DNA from: Candidatus Palauibacter poriticola | Lineage (GTDB): Bacteria; Gemmatimonadota; Gemmatimonadetes; Palauibacterales; Palauibacteraceae | DNA length: 64,000 bases | Direction: 5' to 3' | Assembly: GCA_012270965.1 (NCBI GenBank) | Contig: JAAXHJ010000055.1 | Coordinates: 15,345 to 79,344, forward strand | Shown here: in pieces, positions 39,034 through 47,721 of the stretch | Layout: every line of letters starts with the position of its first letter | How positions within the stretch are numbered: the stretch's first letter is position 1 | Notes under the pieces: generated by a model | Database searches by the model: none | Seen by the model: the letters and a program-made list of their open reading frames with translations, nothing else | Told to the model about the DNA's origin: nothing | Program-made: the position numbers and the translations under genes

Positions 39034-39105
39034 TTGCAGCGGCCGCCCCGCTCCGGCTAGATTATATGGTTGTTCCGCAGACGCCTCCGCCGGAGGCGGA
39101 CAACC
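39034..39105 (+). promoter_or_regulatory. Putative sigma70 promoter and structured 5' leader of rpmE
   Basis: TTGCAG ... TAGATT/TATATG, then a hairpin GGTTGTTCC..GCCTCC-GCC-GGAGGC-GGACAACC at 39068-39105. Confidence 0.4.
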
Positions 39106-39123
39106 CAACGCGTGGGAAGAGAC

Positions 39124-39345
39124 ATGAAGGCAGGCATACATCCGGAGTACGCACCCGCCAAGATCACCTGCGCGTGCGGGCGGGAGACGGAGACCGCTTC
39201 GACCGTGGGCGAGATCCACGTCGAGATCTGTTCGCACTGCCACCCCTTCTTCACGGGGCGGCAGAAGCTCGTCGACACGGCGGGGCGCGTGGAGCGCTTC
39301 ATCGCCAAGTACGGCGATGGGCACGCGCGCGGCCGCAAGAAGTAG
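39124..39345 (+). CDS. rpmE: 50S ribosomal protein L31 (Zn-binding type A)
   Basis: [34 protein letters not shown]. Confidence 0.97.
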   Translation: MKAGIHPEYAPAKITCACGRETETASTVGEIHVEICSHCHPFFTGRQKLVDTAGRVERFIAKYGDGHARGRKK

Positions 39346-39422
39346 GGGGGCGGAGAAGGAGGCGGCGGCAGCGGCGGAGGCCTGAGCCGGAAGCGCTCGG
39401 CGCTCCAACATGACTTTCAATG

Positions 39423-39450
39423 ACGGGGTTCCTCGCGGACCCCGTTTTCA
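39423..39450 (+). terminator. Hairpin with short T tract between rpmE and prfA (weak terminator/attenuator candidate)
   Basis: ACGGGGT pairs with ACCCCGT, followed by TTT. Confidence 0.4.
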
Positions 39451-39465
39451 TGTAGGGAACGAACG

Positions 39466-40551
39466 ATGTCGGATCGGGACACGCTCGAGGGTCGCCTGCG
39501 GGAAGCCGCCGAGCGGTACGAGGGGCTGGCACGCCGGATGGCGGAGCCGGAGGTGCTGTCGGATATGGCGCTGCTGCGCGACCTGGCGCGCGAACACTCG
39601 GCGCTGGAGCCGGTGGCGCGCGCGGCGGAACGCCACTTCAAGCTCCTCGACGACCTGCGCCAGGCGCGGGAGGTCGCGGCGGAATCCGAGGGGGAGCTGG
39701 CCGAGATGGCCGCGGCCGAGGTTGCCGAGTTGGAGACCGAGCGCGAGGCGGCCCGCGACGAGCTTCGTCACCTCCTCGTTCCGAAGGACCCGCTCAACGA
39801 TCGCCCCGCCGTGGTGGAGATCCGCGCCGGTACGGGCGGCGACGAAGCCGCGCTCTTCGCGGCGGACCTGTACCGGATGTATGCGCGCTTCGCCGCGGAG
39901 TCCGGCTGGGATGTGGAACTCGTGAGCAGCAGCGAGGGGGTTTTGGGCGGCCTCAAGGAGATCGTCTTCGTCGTGCGCGGATCCGACGCCTACGGCCGCC
40001 TCCGCTACGAGTCCGGCGTCCACCGCGTCCAGCGCGTGCCCGAGACGGAGAGCCAGGGTCGGGTACATACGTCGGCGGCTACGGTCGCCGTCCTCCCGGA
40101 GGCGGAGGAGGTGGACGTCGAGATCGATCCCGCGGACCTCAAGATCGACGTGTTTCGCTCTTCCGGCCCCGGTGGGCAGTCGGTGAACACCACCGACTCC
40201 GCCGTGCGGATCACGCACGGGCCGACGGGGCTCGTGGTCTCGTGCCAAGACGAGAAGTCGCAGCACAAGAACAAGGCACGGGCGCTCAAGGTGCTGCGGA
40301 GCCGGCTGCTCGACCGGCTCGTCGCCGAGCAGGAGGCCGAGCGGGCGCTCGAGCGGCGGACCCAGGTGGGGACGGGTGACCGCTCCATGAAGATCCGCAC
40401 GTACAACTTCCCGCAGAACCGAGTGACGGATCACCGCATCCACTTCACGAGCCACCGGCTGGAGGCCATCCTCGCCGGCGACTTGGGCGAGGTGGTCGAG
40501 GCGCTGCGGCTCGCCGGGACCGAAGAGCGGATGGCGGCGGGGGCCGGATGA
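39466..40551 (+). CDS. prfA: Peptide chain release factor 1
   Basis: EIRAGTGGDEA, ESGVHRVQRVPETE (PxT specificity), SGPGGQSVN, RTYNFPQNRVTDHR. Confidence 0.97.
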   Translation: MSDRDTLEGRLREAAERYEGLARRMAEPEVLSDMALLRDLAREHSALEPVARAAERHFKLLDDLRQAREVAAESEGELAEMAAAEVAELETEREAARDELRHLLVPKDPLNDRPAVVEIRAGTGGDEAALFAADLYRMYARFAAESGWDVELVSSSEGVLGGLKEIVFVVRGSDAYGRLRYESGVHRVQRVPETESQGRVHTSAATVAVLPEAEEVDVEIDPADLKIDVFRSSGPGGQSVNTTDSAVRITHGPTGLVVSCQDEKSQHKNKARALKVLRSRLLDRLVAEQEAERALERRTQVGTGDRSMKIRTYNFPQNRVTDHRIHFTSHRLEAILAGDLGEVVEALRLAGTEERMAAGAG

Positions 40552-41477
40552 TCGATCCGCCGCCGGGCGGGGAGGGGCGCCGCCCGGCGGGTCCGACGCG
40601 CGGCGAGATCGTGCGGGGCGTGCGGCGGGAACTCGAGCTGGCCGGGATCGAGGCGCCGCGCGTGGAGGCCGAGCGGCTGGTGGCCGCGGCGCTCTCGCTG
40701 TCCGTGGGCGAACTCGGCCTCACCGGCGGAGAACGCGTCGATCCCGGTGCCGCGGCCGCGGTGGCCCGCGCCGTGTCGCGCCGGCTCGAGGGGCAACCGC
40801 TGCAGCACATCGAGGGCACGGTCGACTTCCGGCGGGTGCGCCTCGTCTCGGATGGCCGCGCCCTCATTCCGCGGCCCGAGACGGAACAACTGCTTGACCT
40901 CGTCGCCGCCTGGCACCGCGGCCTGGGCGCGCCCGTCGACGCGCTCGACATCGGCGTCGGGTCGGGCGCCATCGCGATCGCGCTCCTCGACGAGGGGATC
41001 GCCGACCGCGTCGTCGGGCTCGACGTGTCGGACGACGCGCTCGACCTCGCCCGCGAGAACGCCCGTCGCGCGGCTGCCGACGGACTCGAGCTGCGCCTCT
41101 GTCCGCCCGGCATCTGGTCCGCGCTCGACGCCGGCGAAACCTTCGACCTCATCATCTCCAACCCACCCTACGTTACGACCCCGGAATGGGCCGGTCTCGA
41201 CCCCGCCGTCCGGGACCACGAGCCCCGCGTCGCCCTGGATGGCGGGGAAGACGGACTGGACGTGATTCGAACCGTGGTGTCCGGGGCCGCGGCGCGGCTC
41301 CGGGAAGGCGGCGCGCTCTTCCTCGAGATCGGGATGTCGCAGGGCCCCGCCGTCCTCCGGCTTCTGAAGGCCGCAGCCATGCTCTCCGACGGCCGGATCG
41401 GCACGGACCTCGCCGGCCGACCCCGCTTCGCGAGCGCGCGGCGTGCCGACTCCGGACCTGAAGCCGACCGCCCGTAG
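40548..41477 (+). CDS. prmC: Release factor glutamine methyltransferase
   Basis: LIPRPETE, DIGVGSGAI, SNPPY, ALDGGEDGL. Confidence 0.95.
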   Translation: MIDPPPGGEGRRPAGPTRGEIVRGVRRELELAGIEAPRVEAERLVAAALSLSVGELGLTGGERVDPGAAAAVARAVSRRLEGQPLQHIEGTVDFRRVRLVSDGRALIPRPETEQLLDLVAAWHRGLGAPVDALDIGVGSGAIAIALLDEGIADRVVGLDVSDDALDLARENARRAAADGLELRLCPPGIWSALDAGETFDLIISNPPYVTTPEWAGLDPAVRDHEPRVALDGGEDGLDVIRTVVSGAAARLREGGALFLEIGMSQGPAVLRLLKAAAMLSDGRIGTDLAGRPRFASARRADSGPEADRP

Positions 41478-41744
41478 GTAGCGCGGTGAGGCTTGAGTTG
41501 TCGTGAGGGAGTACGTGGAGGGAATCGCGGGCGGTTTGGCTGATTCCGACTGCGGGCCGGAGTCGTTGGCGGCGCGGTGGCGCAAGTCGCGTGGGGGTCG
41601 AAGCCGGGTTATACTCGGGCGTCGAATCGTCGGCCCGGGCCCCGGATGGCGAGCGGGGAGGGCACGGGAGATTCGAACCTCCGCCCGCTGCCGGCCCGAC
41701 TCGTCGGCCCGGGGTGCTTCCTGATTCCGTTTCGAGCCGGGGAT

Positions 41745-42113
41745 ATGGACGAACGAGACCGCATGCTGGAGAAGGCGCGGGAGGTGGGGCGCATCATCTC
41801 GCAGCTCTCGGAATACGCCTACCTGCGCGCGGCCCGCCGCGAGATCGACGAGGACCGCGACGCGACGGAACTGCTCAACCGGATGCGCGATCTTCAGGGC
41901 ACGCTCGTGGAAGCGGTCGGCCGCGGCGAGCAGCCGAGCGAGGAGCAGGAACGGGAGTTCGCCGAACTGCGGGAAAGGGTGCAGACGAACACCCGTTACC
42001 AAGCCCTCATCTCCTCTCAGGCGAACTTCGAGAAGCTCATGGAGCGGGTGGATCGAGCCATCGGGGAAGGCGTCCGGAAGGGCGAGGAAAGCCGGATCAT
42101 CCTCCCGACATGA
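41745..42113 (+). CDS. YlbF/YmcA/YheA family regulator
   Basis: All-helical ~122 aa: KAREVGRIISQLSEY..F..L...QANFEKLMERVDRAI. Confidence 0.75.
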   Translation: MDERDRMLEKAREVGRIISQLSEYAYLRAARREIDEDRDATELLNRMRDLQGTLVEAVGRGEQPSEEQEREFAELRERVQTNTRYQALISSQANFEKLMERVDRAIGEGVRKGEESRIILPT

Positions 42114-42766
42114 AGGCGGCCCGCGATCTGGGGGAACGCGCGCTGCGCGCGATCTTCGAGCCGGCCATGGCGTGGCTCACGAGACGCCGCGTCCACCCCA
42201 ACGTCATCAGCACGCTCGGTTTCATCATCACCTGCAGCTCCGGCTACTTCTTTCATCAGCACCATGTGAGCACGGCCGGCTTCCTCGTCCTCCTGGGCGG
42301 CGTGTTCGACCTGTTCGACGGCACGGTCGCGCGCCGCACGGGCCTGGCCTCGTCCTTCGGGGCCTTCTACGACTCGACGCTCGACCGGCTGTCCGAGATC
42401 GTCGTGTACCTGGGACTCCTCTCCCTGTACAACGACTACCGTCTCGAACTCGGCGACGTGGGGATGATCTACTGGATCGTGCTCGCGATGGCCGGCTCAC
42501 TGATGATCAGCTACACCCGCGCCCGGGCCGAGGCGCTCGGCATCGCCTGTTACGTTGGGCTCATGCAGCGCCCCGAACGGGTCATTCTGATCGGCTTCGC
42601 CGCGCTCATCTTCGGCGAGACGACCATGTTCGGGCACCAAGGTCTCGTGCTCAGGGCCGTGATCATTGTGCTCGCGATACTCACCAACCTGACCGCCTTC
42701 CAGCGCATCTGGTGGGTGTACCGGAATACGCGGCCCGACGGCGAGCCGCCCCCGGAGTCGAACTGA
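42110..42766 (+). CDS. CDP-alcohol phosphatidyltransferase (likely phosphatidylinositol-phosphate synthase)
   Basis: HPNVIS; signature D-G-x2-A-R-x8-G-x3-D-x3-D (DGTVARRTGLASSFGAFYDSTLD); SYTRARAE; R-P-E-R. Adjacent to ino1. Confidence 0.85.
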   Translation: MKAARDLGERALRAIFEPAMAWLTRRRVHPNVISTLGFIITCSSGYFFHQHHVSTAGFLVLLGGVFDLFDGTVARRTGLASSFGAFYDSTLDRLSEIVVYLGLLSLYNDYRLELGDVGMIYWIVLAMAGSLMISYTRARAEALGIACYVGLMQRPERVILIGFAALIFGETTMFGHQGLVLRAVIIVLAILTNLTAFQRIWWVYRNTRPDGEPPPESN

Positions 42767-42791
42767 ACCAGACACGGAGTGAACCGGCATC

Positions 42792-44114
42792 GTGGATTCG
42801 GATAGATCACCCGCAACCATAGCCTCCGCCGAAGGCAGGCTCGGCGTTCTCCTCGTAGGGCTCGGAGCGGTCTCGACCACCTTCATCGCGGGCGTGGAGG
42901 CGGCGCGCCGCGGACGGAACCGGCCCATCGGATCGCTCACGCAGATGAACACGATCCGGCTCGGGAAACGGACGGAGAACCGCACCCCGTTCATCCGCGA
43001 CTTCGTGCCGCTGGCCGAACTGAACGACCTTGTCTTCGGGGCATGGGACCCGATTCCCGACAACGCCTACGAGTCCGCCAAGGTGTGCGGCGTCCTCCGG
43101 CCGGAGGACATCGATCCGCTGGCGGACTTCATGCGGGGCATCGAACCGATGCCGGCCGCCTTCGACCGCGCCTACGTCAAGAAGCTCGACGGCTCGAACG
43201 TGAAGACGGGCGCGAACAAGCGCGAACTCGCCGAGCAGCTCCGCGAGGACATCCGGCGCTTCAAGGCGGAGCACGGCTGCGACCGTCTCGTGATAGTGTG
43301 GGCGGCCTCGACCGAGATCTTCATGAAGGCGAGTCCGGTGCATGACAGCCCGGCCTCCTTCGAGCGCGCGATGGAGGAGGATCACCCCGACATCGCGCCC
43401 TCGATGCTCTATGCCTGGGCCGCGCTCATGGAGGGGGTGCCGTTCGCGAACGGGGCCCCGAATCTGACCTGCGACATCCCCGCGCTTCTCACGCTCGCCG
43501 CCGATCGGGGCGTCGCGATCGCGGGGAAGGACTTCAAGACCGGCCAGACGCTGATGAAGACGATTCTGGCGCCCGGCCTCAAGGCGCGCATGCTCGGCCT
43601 CAACGGCTGGTTTTCGACGAACATCCTCGGCAACCGGGACGGCGAGGTGCTCGACGACCCGGAGAGCTTCAAGACGAAGGAGGAATCGAAGCTCGGGGCC
43701 CTCGAATACATCCTGCAGCCGGACATGTACCCGCACCTCTATGGAGACATGTATCACAAGGTCCGTATCAACTACTATCCGCCGCGCGGTGACAATAAGG
43801 AGGGATGGGATAATCTAGACATATTCGGCTGGATGGGATACGGCATGCAGATCAAGATTGATTTTCTGTGCCGCGACTCCATTCTGGCCGCGCCCATCGT
43901 CCTTGATCTAGCGCTCTTCCTCGACCTCGCGGCGCGCGCCGGATTGTCGGGGATCCAGGAGTGGCTGTCCTTCTACTTCAAGGCGCCGCAGACGGCTCCG
44001 GATCTTTATCCGGAACACGACATTTTCATCCAGCACTGGAAGCTCAAGAACACGCTGCGCTGGCTGAACGGGGAGGAGCAGATCACCCACCTCGGCGTGG
44101 AGTACTACGACTGA
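42792..44114 (+). CDS. ino1: myo-inositol-1(3)-phosphate synthase
   Basis: LGVLLVGLGAVST, NGAPN, GKDFKTGQT, STNILGNRDG, YYPPRGDNKE, CRDSILAAP. Confidence 0.95.
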   Translation: MDSDRSPATIASAEGRLGVLLVGLGAVSTTFIAGVEAARRGRNRPIGSLTQMNTIRLGKRTENRTPFIRDFVPLAELNDLVFGAWDPIPDNAYESAKVCGVLRPEDIDPLADFMRGIEPMPAAFDRAYVKKLDGSNVKTGANKRELAEQLREDIRRFKAEHGCDRLVIVWAASTEIFMKASPVHDSPASFERAMEEDHPDIAPSMLYAWAALMEGVPFANGAPNLTCDIPALLTLAADRGVAIAGKDFKTGQTLMKTILAPGLKARMLGLNGWFSTNILGNRDGEVLDDPESFKTKEESKLGALEYILQPDMYPHLYGDMYHKVRINYYPPRGDNKEGWDNLDIFGWMGYGMQIKIDFLCRDSILAAPIVLDLALFLDLAARAGLSGIQEWLSFYFKAPQTAPDLYPEHDIFIQHWKLKNTLRWLNGEEQITHLGVEYYD

Positions 44115-44795
44115 ATGAAGGGGTGTTTCCTCGTATTCGAGGGACCGGAGGGGGCGGGGAAGTCGCTCCAAATCGGTCGGTTGGCCGAACGGCTGGCGGC
44201 CTCCGGCGTGACGCACACGGTGACGCGGGAGCCCGGCGGCACGGCGACGGCGGAAGCGATCCGGAGCGTACTCCTCGACCGACCGGAGCTGCGGCTCGAC
44301 GGAATCGCCGAGCTGCTGCTCTTTTCGGCCTCCCGCCGTGCCCATGTCGAGGAGGTGGTCCGGCCCGCGCTGAAGCGTGGCGAGGTCGTCCTCTGCGACC
44401 GCTTCGAGCTGTCCACGCGGGTTTACCAGGGGTGGGGCCGCGGCGTCGCCGCGAAGACGATCGACCAGGTCACGCGCGCCGCGACGGGCGGCCTCCTGCC
44501 GGATCTCTACCTCGTGCTCGACGTCCCCGTGCGTGTGGGGTTGGATCGCCAGGGGCAGGACTTGGAGGACCCCGGCCAGTTGGGCTTCTTCGGGCCCGCT
44601 CCAGATCGGATCGAGCTTGAGAAGCGGTCGTTCCGCGAGCGCGTGCGGAAGGGGTATCGAGAGCTGGCGGCGGAGGAGGAGAGGATCGCGGTCGTCGACG
44701 GCTCGGGGACGCCGGAGGAGGTGGAGGGCCGGATTCTGGGGCTTCTCGACGAGAGGTTCCCGGATCGCTTCGAAGGCGCGAGCTTTCCTCTTTGA
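44115..44795 (+). CDS. tmk: Thymidylate kinase
   Basis: FEGPEGAGKS, TREPGGT, DRFELSTRVYQG, DRIE. Confidence 0.95.
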   Translation: MKGCFLVFEGPEGAGKSLQIGRLAERLAASGVTHTVTREPGGTATAEAIRSVLLDRPELRLDGIAELLLFSASRRAHVEEVVRPALKRGEVVLCDRFELSTRVYQGWGRGVAAKTIDQVTRAATGGLLPDLYLVLDVPVRVGLDRQGQDLEDPGQLGFFGPAPDRIELEKRSFRERVRKGYRELAAEEERIAVVDGSGTPEEVEGRILGLLDERFPDRFEGASFPL

Positions 44796-44844
44796 CGGTG
44801 TGGTGTGACATTGACGGTAACGGCGGATTGACGGTAGCGGCGGA
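44792..44844 (+). repeat. Three TTGACGGT copies, two as a 17-bp tandem repeat, upstream of ctpA
   Basis: TTGACGGT at 44792; TTGACGGTAACGGCGGA at 44811; TTGACGGTAGCGGCGGA at 44828. Confidence 0.75.
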
Positions 44845-44898
44845 GCGCCCGCGCGAGCGCGGCCCGGCGCGATACGGGGCCGCCAACACGGAGGATGC

Positions 44899-46557
44899 AT
44901 GAGAGTGGAGCGATCTTGGACGACGGGAGTGCTGGTCGGCGCCATCGCCCTTGCGACCGGAGGCTGGCTGCTAAACCAGAGCGGGGCCGCGAACGGCGGG
45001 GAGAGCCGTCGGCTCCTCGATGAAATCCACCGTCTGATCTCTGCCCGCTTCGTCGACGAGATCCCGCCGGAGGAGCTGTATCAGATGGCGATCGACGGGA
45101 TGCTCGAGAATCTGGGCGACCCGTACACGACCTTCCTCGAACCCCGGGATTCCGAGGATCTGCGTCTCACCACGACGGGCAACTACGGGGGGCTCGGCGT
45201 CCGGATCGACGTGAAGGACGACTGGATCACCGTCGTTCAGGTGCTCCCGAACTCGCCGGCCCTGCGCGAGGGCCTCGAGGTCGGCGACCGCATCATCGAG
45301 GTCGAGGGCGAATCCGCCGAGGGCTGGTCGGTGGACAAGGCCGTGGACACGCTGCGGGGAGAGAGGGGGGCGCCCGTCGACATTATGATCGCGAGGGTGG
45401 GCGTGGATCGGCCGCTCGCGATTCGCATCGTGCGCGATGTCATCCAGGTGGCGCAGGCGCAGGGCTTCATTCTGGACGGCGATATCGGCTACGTGACGCT
45501 GCGCGGCTTCAGCCGCGAGGCGAAGGAGGAACTCGTCGCGACGCTGGACCGCCTCGTCGATGAAGGCGCCGGCGGCTTGATCCTCGACCTGCGCAGAAAC
45601 CCCGGCGGTCTGCTGCCGGCGGGAATCGACGTCACGGACCTCTTTCTTGAGCGCGGCAAGCCCGTCGTCGAAACGCGTTCACGCCTGGACGAGCAGAATC
45701 ACCAGTTCCGCGCCTCCACCGAGGACCGCTACCCCGACATTCCCATCGTCGTCGTCGTGGACGGCCTCAGCGCGAGCGCGTCCGAGATCGTGGCCGGCGC
45801 GCTCCAGGACCACGACCGCGCGGTCGTGGTGGGGACGACGACGTTCGGCAAGGGCTCGGTGCAGACGCTGTACCGCCTCTCCGGGAACAACAGCATGAAG
45901 GTCACGACGGCCCGTTGGTACACGCCGGCGGGGCGCTCCATCACGAAGGACTTCGACCGCGAGAGCGCGCTGCGCGACTTGGCGGCGAGCGCCGTGGCGA
46001 TTTCGGGCGAACCGATCGCGGCGCCGTCGGAGCCGGGAGACCGTGAGGAGTTCCGGACGACGGGTGGCCGGACGGTGTATGGAGGCGGCGGCATTACGCC
46101 GGATCTGATCGTCTACCGCGACACGCTCTCCACGGAGGAGCAGGAGTTGCGGCGTCTCGCGACGCGCTCGGGGGCGATCCCGCGGAACGTCGTCTTCCGG
46201 TGGGCCGTCGCGTATTCGAACGAGCACGATGTCAACGAGGGGTTTTCCGTCACGCAGGGGATGCGGGACGAGGTTTGGACGGCGCTGGTGGAGGCGGGAG
46301 CCGAGGTCGAGAGGGAACTCTTCGACCAGTCGCGGACTTATGTCGACTGGCTCATCGCCGATGAGCTGGCCGGCGCGGAGTTCGGGGAGGTGCCCCAGCT
46401 CCGCAGCCGGGCCGTGCGCGACGCGCAGATCAAGGTCGCCATAGACCTTCTGAGGGAGGCGGATTCGCCGGAAGCGCTGCTCACCGTCGCGGCGAGCGCC
46501 GCGGAGGAGCGGAGTGCGGAGGGGATGCGGAGCGGCGAACCCGGCGGAGATCGCTAG
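44899..46557 (+). CDS. ctpA: S41A carboxyl-terminal processing protease
   Basis: LGDPYT, PDZ GLGVRI, ILDLRRNPGG, SASASEIV, FGKGSVQ, TTARWYTP. Confidence 0.92.
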   Translation: MRVERSWTTGVLVGAIALATGGWLLNQSGAANGGESRRLLDEIHRLISARFVDEIPPEELYQMAIDGMLENLGDPYTTFLEPRDSEDLRLTTTGNYGGLGVRIDVKDDWITVVQVLPNSPALREGLEVGDRIIEVEGESAEGWSVDKAVDTLRGERGAPVDIMIARVGVDRPLAIRIVRDVIQVAQAQGFILDGDIGYVTLRGFSREAKEELVATLDRLVDEGAGGLILDLRRNPGGLLPAGIDVTDLFLERGKPVVETRSRLDEQNHQFRASTEDRYPDIPIVVVVDGLSASASEIVAGALQDHDRAVVVGTTTFGKGSVQTLYRLSGNNSMKVTTARWYTPAGRSITKDFDRESALRDLAASAVAISGEPIAAPSEPGDREEFRTTGGRTVYGGGGITPDLIVYRDTLSTEEQELRRLATRSGAIPRNVVFRWAVAYSNEHDVNEGFSVTQGMRDEVWTALVEAGAEVERELFDQSRTYVDWLIADELAGAEFGEVPQLRSRAVRDAQIKVAIDLLREADSPEALLTVAASAAEERSAEGMRSGEPGGDR

Positions 46558-46584
46558 CGATTCAAAGAGGTGAGGAGACGAGCG

Positions 46585-47019
46585 ATGAGAGAGAGCGCGC
46601 GACGCTGGGCCGCGATTGCAACCACGATGGCGCTGATGGCGGCGACGGCATGTGCCAGCAACCCCCGCCCCGGGACGTACACCCGGCTCATCATCACCGG
46701 GAGCGAGATCCGCGCGGACGGATACCGGTCGGCCTACGAGGCGCTCACCCATCACCGGGAACTGATCGTTCTTGAAGACGAGATCGGTTTCAAGGGCGGC
46801 AACGACAGCGCCGCTCTGTTCGGGCGGCAGACGCAGGAATACTTCGTGCCGATGCTGGTCGTGGACGGCGACTTCAATCTGAATGACGCGATCACCACAC
46901 TGCGGCGGATTCCCGCGGAGGAAATCGTGTCGATCCGGCTGTACCACCAGAGCATGGTTCCGCCCCGCTATCGCCGACCGGGCGCGGAGGGCGGAGTGAT
47001 CGAGGTCAACACCCGCTAA
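46585..47019 (+). CDS. Small lipoprotein, TonB-plug-like
   Basis: Lipobox ATAC, LIITGSEI, L...IP.E.I.SI, GGVIEVNT. Confidence 0.55.
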   Translation: MRESARRWAAIATTMALMAATACASNPRPGTYTRLIITGSEIRADGYRSAYEALTHHRELIVLEDEIGFKGGNDSAALFGRQTQEYFVPMLVVDGDFNLNDAITTLRRIPAEEIVSIRLYHQSMVPPRYRRPGAEGGVIEVNTR

Positions 47020-47046
47020 CCTGCTAACATCCGGGTCGGTGCGCGC

Positions 47047-47721
47047 CTGAAATCCCGCCTCCTCGTCTTCGGCCGCCTGCCCGAGCCGGGCCACGTCAAG
47101 ACGCGCCTCCATCCCGGGCTGACCAGGGAGGGGAGCGCCGTTCTGTACGCGGCGTTCTTGGACGACGCCATGAGGCTCGCGCCGGACGGCGTCGCGGTGG
47201 AGTTGTGGGTGCCCGATCGTCCCGGAGCGGAGGAGCGGCTGGGTTCCCGGTACGCGGCGGCTCGCATCCGGCTACAATCTGGCGGCTCGCTCGGTGACCG
47301 GCTCGAGATGGCGTTTGCCCGCGCCTTCGGCGAGGGTGTCGGCCGCGCGGTGGCGCTCGGAAGCGACCATCCGACCCTCCCGGCCGAGTTCGTCGCGCGG
47401 GCCTTCGAGGCGCTGGCGGGGTGCCCGGTGGCGCTTGGGCCGAGCCTGGACGGCGGATACTACGCGGTCGGACTGCGCGCGTCGGCCTGGCCGCGGGCCC
47501 GCGGGCTCTTCGCCGGAGCCCCGTGGTCGACGTCGGGGCTGTTCGCCTGGACGCGCGCGCGCGCCGCGTCGCTGCGGCTCGATTGCGCGGAGCTGCCACC
47601 CTGGTACGATGTGGACCGTCCGGCCGATCTGGCCCGCATGGCCGGCGATTTGACCGAAGGGAGCGCGACGGCCGCCGCGTGGGCCCGGCTCGCGCCGACG
47701 ACGTCGGGACCGGCGGGGTGA
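47047..47721 (+). CDS. TIGR04282/DUF2064 family glycosyltransferase-like protein
   Basis: LLVFGRLPEPGHVKTRL, QSGGSLGDRL, GSDHPTL, LGPSLDGGYY, LPPWYDVD. The conserved N-terminus lies upstream of the first ATG/GTG/TTG, so CTG 47047 is assumed as start. Confidence 0.8.
   Translation: MKSRLLVFGRLPEPGHVKTRLHPGLTREGSAVLYAAFLDDAMRLAPDGVAVELWVPDRPGAEERLGSRYAAARIRLQSGGSLGDRLEMAFARAFGEGVGRAVALGSDHPTLPAEFVARAFEALAGCPVALGPSLDGGYYAVGLRASAWPRARGLFAGAPWSTSGLFAWTRARAASLRLDCAELPPWYDVDRPADLARMAGDLTEGSATAAAWARLAPTTSGPAG

Noticed and set aside
39346-39385. +1-frame AEKEAAAAAEA tail after the rpmE stop (frameshift extension)
   Set aside because: L31 is already complete. It may be a relic tail, but there is no evidence of programmed frameshifting.
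41641-41690. tRNA gene on the minus strand (GGAGGTTCGAATCTCCC...CGCCA)
   Set aside because: The T-stem has a mismatch, the distance to CCA is too long, and I could not build an acceptor, D or anticodon arm. Kept only as a structured leader.
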